Notes under the pieces: model-generated
What the model was told of the DNA's origin: nothing
Seen by the model: only the letters and a program-made list of their open reading frames with translations
Database searches by the model: none
Assembly: GCF_037042905.1 (NCBI RefSeq)
Contig: NC_087250.1
Location: forward strand, 7,008,001-7,072,000
DNA from: Lytechinus pictus
Lineage: Eukaryota
Direction: 5' to 3'
DNA length: 64,000 bases
Made by a program: the position numbers and the translations under genes
Part shown: positions 41,501 through 53,011 of the stretch, one piece after another
Position numbering within the stretch: the first letter of the stretch is position 1
How the letters are laid out: each line of letters opens with the position of its first letter

Positions 41501-43102
41501 ATGATAACTGAAGTAGTTTTCTTCGTTATGAAAGCAGCTGGAAACGAAACAGTACACATATGAAATATACAATGTAAACAGAAGTTTTGAGTTTTTGGCT
41601 CCCCATGATTCTAGCAGAGAGTTAGACCGTGGTCTAAGTTAAACCAAACTTCAGATATGGGCCCCTGTGTATAAACATTATAATGATTTCAGATAATTAT
41701 ATACTTAATCACACATCGCAGACGGTCTCATCAGGCACGCAATGTCTGCTCAAAAGGGTTCACAGTGTGTTCATAGTGTGTTCAAAGTGTGTTCATAGTG
41801 TGTTCATAGTGTGTTCAAAGTGTGTTCAAAGTGTGTTCAAAGTGTGTTCATAGTGTGTTCATAGTGTGTTCATAGTGTGTTCATAGTGTGTTCAAAGTGT
41901 GTTCAAAGTGTGTTCAAAGTGTGTTCATAGTGTGTTCATAGTATGTTCATAGTGTGTTCAAAGTGTGTTCATAGTGTGTTCATAGTGTGTTCATAGTGTG
42001 TTCATAGTGTGTTCATAGTGTGTTCAAAGTGTGTTCAAAGTGTGTTCATAGTGTGTTCATAGTGTGTTCAAAGTGTGTTCATAGTGTGTTCACATAGCCT
42101 TCTGGCACTGAGTGGTTCCTGGGGAAAGACTGTCAGAAATCTGCAACAATGTCCATTTTGGCATCACTTGGGTACCTTTTACCATTTTAGTATCTTTTCA
42201 TCATTTGAGAATCATTCTCTTTTTCCCTTCTATCCTCACCTCACCAGGCAAGGATCGCATCTCACGAACTGGGTAGTCCTTGTACAAAATCTGTGGAAAT
42301 ATTTGAATTCGGTAGTCAACAGGTTAACACATTGCCTACTGCAACAGGGTGAACTCTGTACAAAGTCTACGGGAATTAGATAATTCAAGAGTTAACAAGT
42401 CAACCTATTACCATCAGGAACTTGGTGGCTCTTGTTCAAAGCCTATGGGTTGTAGAGAATTCATTGTCAAAAGGTTGCCTTCTGGAACTGAGTAGTTCAT
42501 GTGCAAAGACTGTCAGAAATATGCAACATTGTGAATTTTAGAATCATTTGGGTACCTTGTTCAGTACCATTTTAGTATATCTTCGTCATCGTTCGAGAAT
42601 CATTCTCTCTTTCCCTTCTCTCCTCCCTCCAAACAACTTTTTATCTCACCAGGCACGGATCGCATCTCACGATATCGGAGTCATCGGAGTATTCCTCATC
42701 CTCGCCAGCCGCGTCGGAGAAGACCTCGGCAAGAAATACCGCCTCCACTTCCTCTTCCCCTACGGCAAGAACCTCATCTCCATCTTCTGCATCATCAACT
42801 CCGTCCAGCTCTACCGGACGCCCGAGGAACGCCGTGCCTTCCTCTCGACGCTCCCCCACGGCGAGACGGCCATGGTCCTCCTGGGCGTGGCCCTGCTCAT
42901 GGGCGGGTTCCTCTTCTCCTCCGAGTTCCAGACTAAACGCATCAGTGCATTTTTAGCCGTCGCTCTGTTGTTTTTTATCCTGACCATAGAAGGTAACCTT
43001 CATTATTGGCACATGAAAGCGAGATTAGAATACTGGATGCAAATGAATATGGTTCTGAATAGTGTCACTGTTCTGTGTAGCTTGATCTTCATGGCAACAT
43101 GA
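26415..43102 (+). CDS. TMEM101: Transmembrane protein 101 orthologue, 3 exons, 255 aa
   Basis: Exons 26415-26554, 40639-40816, 42653-43102 (768 nt, phases 2 and 0). Motifs RFPF...MLCSER, MMSFG.QR, ERRAFL..LPHGE, IEGNLHYWH..ARLEYWMQM align by eye with human TMEM101. Confidence 0.9.
26774..34403 (+). mobile_element. Apparently full-length non-LTR retrotransposon (LINE; RTE-X or L2-group-like, clade uncertain) in TMEM101 intron 1
   Basis: Intact 2024-aa ORF, short 3' UTR, (AAG)n tail ending at 34403. Candidate 10-bp TSD TAGATCTATG at 26764-26773 and 34404-34413; the 5' end rests on this TSD. Confidence 0.85.
28237..34311 (+). CDS. LINE polyprotein: ORF1-like part (PHD finger, coiled coil) fused to AP endonuclease, reverse transcriptase and C-terminal CCHC finger
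   Basis: PHD C4HC3 at about 28987-29136. APE motifs SFNMRG, AVQEHW, MGDFNA, YIDHI, SDHLPI at about 30830-31550. RT motifs YRGITL, LDAAKAFD, GVRQGGILSP, LADD. CPAC...ETVFHFVSEC at about 34008-34063. Confidence 0.95.
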   Translation: MASLTSTISACSSPCLDSTVGVSEDVATTRNYSLNETKAIRKKMDSCHKETIFQLKDNGKQLVVTCSTAMYEALKLCMFTYFKDLEGRNTQIAVEIKDIKDKKGFQVEHTIRITNRLARTGNPGLRTKYVINLYNTSSRILANGGCLSLFLKDHLPHILKEIADKGNRSISEENAHLHELLQKAVASSGHSESKIPLRAISASSSKSRVSSNSAGIDVTKTKERNPDETRASTLDVEEECPCLEDDRKLLCPACLTHSCLDTIECELCNSWYHFQCSHLSETELAKHSANKSLSYVCSACSNLDQNPTLGKVSRSSSPPPVVHVCDSPSGNSDNVSSVINISDSVSNSKESTFQDSSATVCQSPKDPKVTIMQVLRTLEEASTPGTCKSCIVGPSSTLGSLSEHKSTQTTSNIMERSPRLHVADAFTQVHVSSNLKDRCVLVDASTQSSSPPPACRVCPKLEGIANNRQQEIKVIRTVNENLQKDNEALLSSVKFLKKELAQAEDNLTTVRRQLSQLSEGNRALIHSNQQLRLTSESLQCRCDHLTALCLNNGLEVLGEEQTTADPYVKKTYDKYSVPTTTSNRFGALWDEASDLSGDDCNAEPTQTRSQRTGAKRRRRKSHEGGYPSPPQPTRKCTTPKNQRTRLNTPRPTGSGAHLRVTPPSRPGHHNPQNNRNRTSHSLRPEISRSQPSFASQQPSPPTQTNRNRTSHTVQEKRPEVPRPQPSLAPEQPSPSTISQEHYPLYSTVLNRNKVYSNHSIPTQRRDSSVIGNKFCADDNSMSPPSNQVFRHGRNTQIAAPIILRAASAALNLVLSDPTIPQVNSLLIQSHLQVILHHALLLNQESRPTSLTTPPQQPSTQSPPRIRILSFNMRGFEPNKFYLFKLLESVDIVAVQEHWLQSFSEHKLTELKDTHIVYAKSFDNGLSSPSLTRRGKGGVALFLHRRFQAACAIVDTTSNRLLCAHICDKDCSGSLLFVNVYMPSGSSAADHAEYADILTEISSLIGQYPSAKVILMGDFNADITGLPSSWNRKAQLLQHYLTENSLVSMMTIYQNSSDYTYMSDDGSKKSYIDHIITHSANVGSFFEYMVVPEDPLNTSDHLPIQASFMSHLHPCKEARQEINMTNHKYNHIRIKWNQASSQEIQEVYSTAIDDICDQLLSSLPDEASLTGKHAEYMLNTLSQAMLNVSMRNLPYASGKKRKRQKPEWSTSVDSTYKAMKLSWKKWKLGGKNRSQANPLWIRYRSDKAAFRKQLRKQRHNLESSRLLQIERAKKGDDRLFYKLIKERRSRADASPVDTLIVNGKSYTGKATIQGFEEYFKMLSMPNPGNNYQSTITDTVEKLANVISTCTPNQRPFTRTDLDKAIGQLKKNKAAGADQISAEHVLFGGEKARNLLLVIMNTFVAHSFIPDAFKYGIILPLHKGNGKPLTDPSCYRGITLSSTFCKVLELLIKPKLLEQLHQRGIPDELQSGFQEEHSCSLTAASLNLIIEANTKNGRTTYASFLDAAKAFDTVWHDGLLYKLYHDGVTGYLWNILFQLYQGLLGAVAWKDRQSNWFPIRQGVRQGGILSPLLYLIYIDGLIQKLRKSGIGCKVLSRYTGTLVLADDVVLLANLPEDLQRMLDIVLEYTKQWHYTINPSKSAVVIFNLGRNSADFQWHFGSDIIPVQACHPHLGVLRSSNKLNRTHEIFQKGNKALYSLTGTGAYRSGLSPVIVSSLWKTFCTPRMLYGTEALNLPDRDKRALDVMQSHLFKKLLGLPRTTAQEAVPLLTGIPLLSDSINLLHLRLLGKIISLPQDRIEHRIFSSVVCQEPTIPTIKVLKVLLEKYNLPSLPDLLQQGCSYLTWKKRVTNAVESKVLASLSEETSLKSSLLLFHDIDLVLPYHVFPSVIHPAHLRIAINMKAQLLTSTYLTQSRLCKISRLVSDPSCPACHAPVETVFHFVSECIAYTHLRNNLLNHFQEDAIKVLSSFSNTDSYLHVARTRLILLGVIGNVSYQFPDFHPVTLQFVFDIHFSRQRLVDQAAANSD
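34522..37417. repeat. Tandem array of a 1009-bp unit, about 2.9 copies, near-identical
   Basis: Units start ggcactcctagtacc at 34522, 35531, 36540; only about 5 substitutions seen by eye. Confidence 0.97.
37845..38590. repeat. Polypurine (GA-rich) low-complexity tract
   Basis: Base composition. Confidence 0.9.
40639..40816 (+). CDS. TMEM101: TMEM101 exon 2
   Basis: ttatctag| acceptor, GTG|gtaaga donor; frame of ORF 40598..40891. Confidence 0.88.
41764..42092. repeat. 11-bp minisatellite AGTGTGTTCA(T/A), about 30 copies
   Basis: Read directly. Confidence 0.95.
42653..43102 (+). CDS. TMEM101: TMEM101 exon 3
   Basis: Pyrimidine tract and ctcaccag| acceptor; frame of ORF 42548..43102. Confidence 0.9.
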   Translation, partial: ARIASHDIGVIGVFLILASRVGEDLGKKYRLHFLFPYGKNLISIFCIINSVQLYRTPEERRAFLSTLPHGETAMVLLGVALLMGGFLFSSEFQTKRISAFLAVALLFFILTIEGNLHYWHMKARLEYWMQMNMVLNSVTVLCSLIFMAT

Positions 43103-43379
43103 TAGTAGTTTGATTCAGGGGACAGTTTCATTGAGCTCATTGTAAGTCATGCACAACTTTACATAAGAAACTAAATCTGTTTTGGCAAGTTTTTGTAGAT
43201 ATTTGGGAGAAAAGTCAACTTGAACAGTTTCACCAAAAATCAGCATTCTACTTGCTATTCAAAGTGAGTTAAAGAAAAACAAATGCATAACTGATTACTT
43301 AAATATTTCAGAAATCAATCTTTTCACTATACAGTCTTGTGGTGATCACATGATCTGAAGTTGAGATCAGGGGGGGGGG

Positions 43380-43632
43380 GGGCGTTTCATGAAAGGACTT
43401 GTCGGACGTTTTAGCCAATCAACATCAGAGAAAGATGTCAGATCTGACAACTTGTCGGATGAAAATGTTGATGAAACACTCCCCGGGGAGCGTTTCATCA
43501 ACATTTTTGTCCGACAAGTTGTCAGATCTTACAATTTTCCCTGATTCTGATTGGGCGAGAGGTACTGTTACTATGGTAATTGTCGGATAAAACAGGACTT
43601 GTCGGATAAAATCCTTTCATGAAACGCTCCCC
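43380..43632. mobile_element. Two inverted copies of the GGGGGCGTTTCAT MITE
   Basis: Matches 11282-11438 in both orientations. Confidence 0.75.
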
Positions 43633-44181
43633 TGATAAGGTTGTAAAAGCCTGGTCTGAAATAAAGCAGAAAAAATAGGGTTAACCCTAATCAAATTTTG
43701 ACAAATTCAAACCTTGGCTTCAGATGTTAAAATGTTAACTACACAAATTTTGATGTATAAACATTGGGTTTCAAGTTGAGTGGATTAGATTGAGATTCAA
43801 ATTGAATTAAATTGAATTGAATTGGACTGACCTGAATTGAATTTATTAAGCTGAATTGAATTAACTTGAATTGAATTGAACTGTTCTGAATTGAATTGAA
43901 TTTAACACCCCATAACAGGTTACCAGTTGTGTGTAAAATTATGCGTCACTTCCGACAGCTTTATGAAAAACCTCTCAGAATTATAAGCTTTACTTAAGCA
44001 TTAATTATTTTGTGGCATGCCACTTAGGAATGCCTCTCTCTGCCCAGGTGAGAAATGGCTGACCAAAAAGAAGCAAGCATGGAAGTAGTTTGCTCTGAGT
44101 CATTCTGATGGTAACTGGTTTACATTGCTCCAAAGGGAGTGGAGAAAGTATTAAAGCAATAATCTTATAGGGGAAGGGAAT

Positions 44182-44661
44182 TAAAGGGGAAGTTTATACC
44201 CTGATGAAAAGTTTGTTGTAAATATAGTGGAAAAAATGATTAAAAATATTGGTGAAGATTTGAGGAAAATCCACTATAGATTGAGAAAGCTATTAGAAGT
44301 TTAAGTTTAGGATTTGTGACATCATAAGTGAGCAGCTGCTACATTATGTAACATAAAATGCATAAATATCAATTTTAAAATGGTTCTTCTGTTTAGGAAC
44401 GGGTGTGAAATGATTTGTCTATTACTGAAGGTACAGGAATAAACATTTTCAATTTTCTGAGAAAATGACATTTCATTGATTTTTTACCAGTATGATGTAT
44501 AGAAAAGATGATTGCATAATATGACGTCACAAATCAAATAATTAGAATTCTGTAAGTTTTTTATTCTTTGATACATTTTACTCAAACCTTCACCATTGTT
44601 CTTTTAAATTAATTTTTTCTATTTTACTATCAAATTTTTGTCAGGGTAAACTTCCCCTTTA
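44182..44661. mobile_element. TTAA-flanked MITE (Kolobok-like)
   Basis: ttaaaggggaagtttataccctga ... tcagggtaaacttcccctttaa. Confidence 0.75.
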
Positions 44662-45145
44662 ATAAATGTGACTCAACATTTTCCCTTATTACATTCTCCT
44701 AGTTACACAGTTGTATTCATATATTTGATAGATATACCTACATGTAATATACGGATTCATTTCATGTAAGGTTTTGAGTACGATCATGATTGCAAAAGTT
44801 ATTATCAATTTACAAAATTTTGACTATTTTTCAATGACGTATGCAATTAAATCTGTTTAAATGTTAAATATCGGAGCACTGAAATGTTTTAATAAGAAAA
44901 GGTTTGACTTTAAAGAGGCTAATAACATGTTTTACATGATAATAAAACAAGGAATGGAATGGATGATGTGGGCTGAAAAAATGTTTGACTGGTGTATACA
45001 GTGTGTCTCAAAAAAAAATATATATATATATACGCTTTTGAAATGACTGCCAAGTAAACGGATAACACTATTGGGGGAAGGTATATGTAGAAATCCGATA
45101 ACTTTTTGAGACACACTGTAGAGATACAGTGTCTCCCTTATGCAT

Positions 45146-45640
45146 TTTTTGTCTCGCCTGAACAAAGTTTTTTTTGCTTGAACGAAGTTTGGTAGAGACC
45201 TAGTGATCATTTTTCCTGTTAGTCTTTTACAAAAATGTTAAGTTTTTGTTTAATTTACTCTGATTTCTTTATTACTTTATATGTTTGTCATTTTGCCTCC
45301 GACGAAGATTCTGCTAGGATCGAAAGCTTAGGCCCCTTTTGACTTTCTTCTTTATTACTGCATCAATTATGATCCCACTTGGTACAAATGATCTTTGGGT
45401 AACACCACATGTGTGTCAAGGAGGATGATGGGGTCAAAGGTCATCTAGGGGTGAAAAGGTCAAGTTTTTGTTAAACCTGCTTTCATTTCTTTATTTCCAC
45501 ATCAATTGTGTTTACACTTGGTACATGTGTGTTCACAAGGATCATTAGGTCAAAGGTCATCTAGGGGTCAAATGATCATATTGCATATTTTATTGATCAA
45601 GAAATCAGGCGAGACTTGTGGACGTGAACCATCTTGTCTT
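45146..45640 (+). mobile_element. Decayed HINE/DINE-like element
   Basis: tttttgtctcgcctg ... caggcgagac subterminal inverted repeat with ggtcaaaggtca core repeats. Confidence 0.55.
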
Positions 45641-47190
45641 TATATTGAATGCTAGTATTCGTATACGGGATATAATTAGAAAGACAAATTAACAATTATT
45701 GTCAACTTGAGAAAGAAAAGCAGATTAATCTGAAAAATGAAGAAAAAAAATTATATTAAAAATTATAATGAACAAAAATCATGATCTTCTGTTTCATGTA
45801 ATTATTTAGTGGAAAATATGATGTAAATTGCCACTTTATTTTCTGCATGGTCACATTTGAAATTAGACTATATGGCTTTAGACCAAAAAAGCGTATTCTT
45901 ACTGTCGATATTTGAAGCTTTGAATTTGAATAAAACACAAGATACATGTCCAAGAGTTTCGTTAGCATCATTTTTAGGGAACCGCTTGGAAGTTTCACCA
46001 AGATTGCACAGTATACACATCTCATACTTCGGTGAACCCTGAACTTCAAACCTTATTTTCTCCTTATTTTTGAAGCTTTCACTGAATTTCTTCTGCATTC
46101 AATCAAGTATTTGTTTGGGTTATTGTTTATCAAGTTATAGATCATTCAAACCTTAAGATGTGCTTTCTCAAGCTTAATAAAAATGTCAACATTCATGTTG
46201 GGTGACCTATAGTATTGTTGGTCTGGGGGTGGCAGATAACATGGAAAATTGCCAGTTTGTCTACTACCAGCTCGTTCACTCACCACATGGTATAACCTTC
46301 ATTTAGTCTAATGCCATTCCGTCCATCAACATTTCGTCTAACAACCATTTGTTCCAATAACCATTTGGTCCAATCATCACTTCATCTAATCGCCAGTTTG
46401 TCTATGACCATTTTGTCTCATAACCATTTGGTCTAATATTTGTTTTATTTTCATTCATTTTGCCCAATTAACACTTAGTCTTATTAGACCAAATGGTATA
46501 TGGACTAAATGGCTATTGGACCAACTGGTTATTAGACGAAATGGTGTGTGGACGAAATGGCAGTGGCATTTAGACTATGTGGATATTAGACGAACTTATA
46601 GTTGACCAAATGATAGTGGACGAGTTGGCAATTGGACGAATTGGCATTGGACCAAATGAAAATAAACAATGAACATATTTGTATGTGAGGGATTATAAAG
46701 GCAAGCTTATAATTCAGTTTTTATCATACATATAACTTTTTTGTGTCGGTGCAAGAATGCCCTTAGCAAACATTTTCATGCACTGCTTTGGTGCAGAAAC
46801 ACCCTTACGCAATGCACTTATGCGCACTGCTAAGTGCGTTTTTGCACACACGCAATGCATGAAAGTGTTGTGTTATCGTGTTCTGGCATTGACACAGCAT
46901 TTTGTTTTCATCTACATGTTAATGAAAAAATTTCAAAAGCCAAAGGAGAGATGAAATATGTACAATGTCATGTATGCCTTTTTATCAACCTAAAAAACTC
47001 TAAAACCAACAAAAAAATTAAAAGAAATGCTTTTGATATGTTATAATCGAAGATTTTGTGTAATTTCTATCATGCTGATAATAATAGAACACATAAGTCT
47101 ATGTGATGAAATGAAGATGGTGTTTCCGGTCACTTTATATTTCACTTTTTAGAAGCACTACTGTTAATAATGATTTTCTGACGCAATTTG

Positions 47191-49064
47191 TTTTTTCTAT
47201 ATTCAGAAGAGAAAGTGCACCAAAAGTCTTGAGACCAAGAATTTGAAGGAAAAAACAGTTTCCCATTTGAAATTACAACAAATGGTGTCCCGTGACTGCG
47301 CAAAGCAGGGCACCCAATTCTTAGGTGCCTAAGGATGCAATACCCGAAATCTCAACATTTATCACCATTTTGAGTCAGATTTTTAAAACATCTGTCGCTA
47401 TATTGAAAATGTAAATTTATTGGTTCGGTAGTTGGATTTCTTTTATTATATTAGAATTGGGCAGACACCGGTACACATATTTCAGACATAGGGCACCACA
47501 TATATATATACAGGTGCAAGAACAATGTCACAAATACATGTATTGCATAGTTTACATGTATATCAAATTTGAAATATTGAGAGGTGACTGTTTTGAAAAA
47601 TATATGGTGGATTTAGAACAAAAAAAAATAATCAATGATTCATCTGAATATAATAAATACTATAGATAATTGTATAGCTTATTGTCTTTTATCTGGTATA
47701 GTCTAGACAATTACTCATTCATGCACGAGTGAGTAAATTTATTTGAAGAAAAAAGACACTGAAATCATTTGGCAGATAGTACCTGAAAGAAAATCATGTC
47801 TATTAATTTCCTTGTCTGTTCCTGAAATGCGATTCCTCAATTATTCTCAAGAGTCGCGACTTCTAATCCTGCCACGGCCTACATGTACTTCTACGACGAT
47901 ACTCGGCAGGATCCATAAGTCAGGATGTAGTGCTAAGGAAATATCTTGGGTGCTCATCTGCAGTGCATACTTGTCGATGCTACCTTCATGAATGTTGTGT
48001 ACATGCAGAATCCTATTTTGAAGTACCCTTTTATCATTTGTAACACAGAACAGAAACAGTTTATCAATGGACGGAAAATAATTTTTTTTAAACACACTAC
48101 ATTGCATAAAATACAAATATCTCTTTATAATACTTCGGCAAATATGCTTGGACGGAACAAGGAAGTCTTCTGTGTCACTGCAAAACTACAAAATGAATTT
48201 CATTCATATATACATGGCACATTTCTCATAAAGTCACTCTTACATCAGGGGCCCATTTCATAAAGAGGCACAACTGTTGTAACTTTGTCATTATGGCAAC
48301 TTCCATAGAAGCCTTGATTATGATTGGCTGCTGAGCCCGGTTACCATGATTGATAATTCTGATGATCACTAACACGGAAAAGCATATGTGGGACGGTGTA
48401 TTAATATTGCTTTGAAAAAATACCCGACATTTGATGGAATTCCGTGCTTATTTTGCTCATTTCTCAGCAATAGCGCATTTTCTTCCAGAGCTATTTGGCA
48501 CATACTTTTTATTCATACATACAAATACTTTGAGGGTAATTTCATTGGATTCTGTTTGAACTCATTTTGAGATCGTTACCACAACTGGTATTTACCTTTA
48601 AGTTGAAATGCACACAAAGTTGGCAGCAAGGATAATTTGATAGAGAGCTAGGGGGAGGGGGCAAGTCATTTTTTCTCTCTTTCAATTGGATAGGGGTAAT
48701 ACAGACTTGGATGATCCCTATTTGTTACTCTTCTTTTTCTTCCTCTTTCTCTTCTTTTCCTGTCTTAATTTACAATCATTACTTGAAATACCACAGGGTA
48801 GTAATGTCCCCTGACCCCTGTAGTATCACCCGAATGAACTTGCATGTAATTTCATTAATAATAACAATGATAATTATAATAAACAGCTCTTGTACAGTTT
48901 GTCCCAGAAAAAAAGGAAACCGGGATTCCCACATCTTATTTCCTCAAAGGCAAACTCTCACTGACCCTGGAATGAGATGGATTCAGATAAGCATGTGAGT
49001 TTCTGCGCAAATCGTTTCTGATAGACCTCAATATTTATTGTCTGTAATCTGCCATGAATGATTT
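47191..49064 (+). repeat. Local duplication of about 51824-54154, flanked by a 22-bp direct repeat
   Basis: Colinear text; AATGATTTTCTGACGCAATTTG at 47169-47190 and 49057-49078. Confidence 0.88.
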
Positions 49065-50640
49065 TCTGACGCAATTTGGTGGCAGCGGTGGGATTCGAAC
49101 CCATGCCATCAAAATATATTTCGAGTGTTAGGACAGAGTCTTTGATTGAGACAAGGATATAATAAGCCAGTTCACGGCTAGCTCATGATCAACTTTTCTC
49201 AAATGACCTTTGTGATTTTTCATTAGGATAAGCACTATCATTTTCAAATGTAGATGTTGCGTAAGCTTTACCGGCAGAGTATTCAAATTCTAAGAACAAA
49301 AGGCATTGTATAGACCAGGTGACTTGAATAGTACATCAGGGATAAAGTTTGGAAATCTGTTTTATTGTCTGCCTTTGGCACATTTGACTATTGTTTAGGC
49401 TCCTGTCAAATACCAGTGATTATGAAGGCTCTATTTATTACTCTTCAGCTTGGATGTGATAAAATAGTTTGAAAGGAATACATGAATAATCATCAAATCA
49501 CAAATGCCTATGACAGTGAATTTGAAAGCCACCTTCATGGTTTATCTCAAATGACCTTTTTCTGCTCGTGCGCAGTTTACAACCGTGAACAGGCTTATTC
49601 ATTATTGTAACATATCACAGACACAGTTGACAAGTTGGACCTCGCAGCTCAGATTTTTTACAAGTCAAATCGATGTTAGCCGATGCCTTCAAATGACTCA
49701 AAGTCACACAAGACACTATTCAAGCGTTCATGTCCACTGAAATGGTTTTCATTTTAATACAAAATTGGAGGGAAAATATCTTGTTTTTTGTCTAATGAGA
49801 TATTTAAATAGATTACAACTTTGGAAAGCACAAGTGATCTTGATTAAATATTCATATAATTACATGTACATCAAGTAATTGGTAAAAAATAAATAATTTC
49901 AGTTTTGACAAAATTATCTGTACAAATTGATAATATATAAATATACGTATGTATTTGAATTGATATAATTATAAAATGTAACACCACTGCAAATCAATTA
50001 ATCTACTGAAGTTGATGAATTTTTACACAAATTAAAAACATGAAATGCTCATTATGTTTACAGAAAGACTTAGGGTTATGTTCAAATAATTGTATGTACT
50101 TAATAAATAATACATGTACATGATTGGAATATCTGCGCTCTGTTGGCTAAAACATCTGGACCTTGTTGCATAAAAGTTACCATTATGGTAACTTTGCAAT
50201 CCAATGGTAACTACCATTGTAACGCTGATCAACAGCCAGTAAAAATCAAGGATTTCATGCAAGTTACCATTGGATAACTTTTATGCAACGGGGCCCTGAT
50301 ATAATAGAATACAAGCATCTGATTTTCATAATTTAATATCTCAATGATAAAACCAAAATATGTTCATAGCAACACTATTTACATGTGTCTTGACTTTCAT
50401 GCATTATTTTACATCAATTGAAATTTTCAAGACCTGATGGAATTCAATGTAAAAAAATAGGTCTGCAATAGCCTCTCACCCTCTACAGATTCTACAATAA
50501 TAGGGTTGATCACCATAACATTTTACACAAACATTAAAATGATGTGTAGCATTGGTTTGTATTTATCATATTCAGGGGCCAACAAACGGTTTTGGAAGTG
50601 GGGGTGCTGACCTTGCAAAATATCACAATCAGAAGGCCAT

Positions 50641-51599
50641 TTTTGTCTCACCTGCATAGCAGAGTGAGACTATAGGCGCCGCTTTTCCGACGGCGGCGGC
50701 GACGGCGGCGTCAACACCAAATCTTAACCTGAGGTTAAGTTTTTGAAATGACAGCATAACTTAGAAAGTATATGGACCTAGTTCATGAAACTTGGCCATA
50801 AGGTTAATCAAGTATTACTGAACATCCTGCCTGAGTTTCATGTCACATGACCATGCAAGGTCAAAGGTCATTTAGGGTCAATGAACTTAGACCATGTTGG
50901 GGGAATCAACATCAAAATCTTAACCTAAGGTTAAGTTTTTGAAATGTCATAACTTAGAAAATATATGGACCTAGTTCATGAAACTTATACATAAGGTTAA
51001 TCAAGTATCAATGAACATCCTGCTTGAGTTTCACATCACATGACCAAGGTCAAAGGTCATTTAGGGTCAATGAACTTTGGCCGAATTGGGGGTATCTGTT
51101 GAATTACCATCATAACTTTGAAAGTTTATGGATCTGATTCATGAAACTTGGACATAATAGTAATCAAGTATTACTGAACATCCTGTGCAAGTTTCAGGTC
51201 ACATGATCAAGGTCAAAGGTCATTTAGGGTCAATGAACTTTGGCCAAATTGGGGTATTTGTTGAATTACAGCCATAAATTTGAAAGTGTGTTGGTCTAGT
51301 TCATAAAACTTGGACATAATAGTAATCAAGTATCACTGAACATCCTGTGCAAGTTTCAGGTCACATGATCAAGGTCAAAGGTCATGTTAAGGTCAAAGAA
51401 CTTTGGCCACGTTGGGGGTATTTGTTGAATTGCCATCATATCTCTATAAGTGTATTGGTCTAGTTCATAAAACGTGGAAATAAGAGTAACCAAGTATCAC
51501 TGAACATCTTGTGCGAGTTATAGTAGTTTTCAAAATCAGCACTGCTGCTATATTGAATCGCGTGATGCAGGTGAGACGGCCAGAGGCATTCCACTTGTT
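50641..51599 (+). mobile_element. Helentron-associated (HINE/DINE-1-like) non-autonomous element with about five internal 175-190 bp repeats
   Basis: Subterminal IR GTCTCACCTGCAT / ATGCAGGTGAGAC, (GGC)n tract, ggtcaaaggtcatttagggtcaatgaac repeats, T-rich ends. Confidence 0.8.
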
Positions 51600-52546
51600 A
51601 TGTTTTTGTATACAGTTTTTGAAAAGGGGGGGGGGGGCTGAAGCACACCCAGCCCCAGCAACCTCCCCCCCCCCCTTCCTTCACGGCCCCTGATATTAAA
51701 CTATAAAATAAGATGGAAAGAGGGCAAAATGGAGAAATGCTGTGAAGGGGGCCCATTTTTTGCGCAGCTAAAATTCGACTGAAATATTTTTAAATTTTAC
51801 AAAAGCTTCATTCAGAATTTTTATTTTTTCTATATTTAGAAGAGAAAGTGTGCCAAAAATCTTGTTTAAGTAAGAAGAATTTGATTGAAAAAAAAAAACA
51901 GTTTTCAATTTGTAATTACACAAAAAATGGTGGCCCATGACTGCGCACAACATTGTGCCTGATTCTTACGTGCCTCAGGATGAAATACCTCAAATCTTAA
52001 CATTTTTCACCATTTTGACTAAGAATTTTTCAATATCTGTCTCTACATTGAAAATGAAAATTTGTTTGTTTGGTAGTTGGTTTCCTTTTCTTATATTAGA
52101 ATTGGGCAGATACCAGTATACATATGTGCAGACATAATACTTATTGCATAGTTTATATCAAATTCGAAATATTGAGAAATCACTGTTTTGGGGAAATATA
52201 TGGTGAAATAAAATAAACAAAAACGAGAATTATCAATGATTTATCTGAACCTACTCACAAATACTATAAATGACCTATTAATTTTAAAACTAAGAATAAT
52301 GTCTTTTATCTGGCAGTCTAGACAATTCCTCATTCATGCACGAGTGAGTAAATTTATTTGAAGAAAAAAGACACACTGAAATCATTTGGCAGATAGTACC
52401 TGAAAGAAAATCATGTCTATTAATTTCCATGTCTGTTCCTGAAATGCGATTCCTCAATTATTCTCAAGAGTCGCGACTTCTAATCCTGCCACGGCCTACA
52501 TGTACTTCTACGACGATACTCGGCAGGATCCATAAGTCAGGATGTA

Positions 52547-53011
52547 GGTGTCACGCGCGTAAAACATTCCCCATAGACTTGTGTGTTAAAATGGCACTTA
52601 AGAAAAATTCATAACAAATAAATGTGAAATTAGAGGGTCGAATGTTTACTACCTTTGGATAGGATATATATCTGACATTCCATATCTGACCAGAGAAGGG
52701 TATCGTAGCCAGCTCATTTTAAAAATAAATCGCCATTTATGAAGATAACTATGATGGGATCAAATTCATCAACTGAAACAGTAAAATAGCCCCAATTCTT
52801 CCGGCAGTCAAAAAATAGTTCCAAATCATTGATATATCTTCCCAATTTGGGCAAAGGAAGTTCAGTAGTTACCATTTCTAGAATCAGTGTTAGATTTTGA
52901 ATCACATTCATACACTTTTGTCGAATCAGCAATATCAAATTTAAAAAATTCGAATGGGTTGGGTCGAACGAATATCTTTAGCCCTCCTGATGTAATTAGG
53001 CTCATGGCACC
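52547..53011. mobile_element. 465-bp TIR element, empty site visible in the paralogous copy
   Basis: GGTGTCACG ... CATGGCACC termini, TGTA duplicated; empty site ggatgtagtgc at about 47923. Confidence 0.88.

Noticed and set aside
41764..42092. CRISPR-like or telomeric array
   Set aside because: No spacers, eukaryotic context, and the unit is not a telomere repeat.
45297..45347. Penelope-like element end
   Set aside because: About 50 bp, recognised only by resemblance; too short to support.
49075..49108. tRNA gene (reverse B-box gggattcgaaccc)
   Set aside because: Only a fragment of about 30 bp, probably from a SINE.
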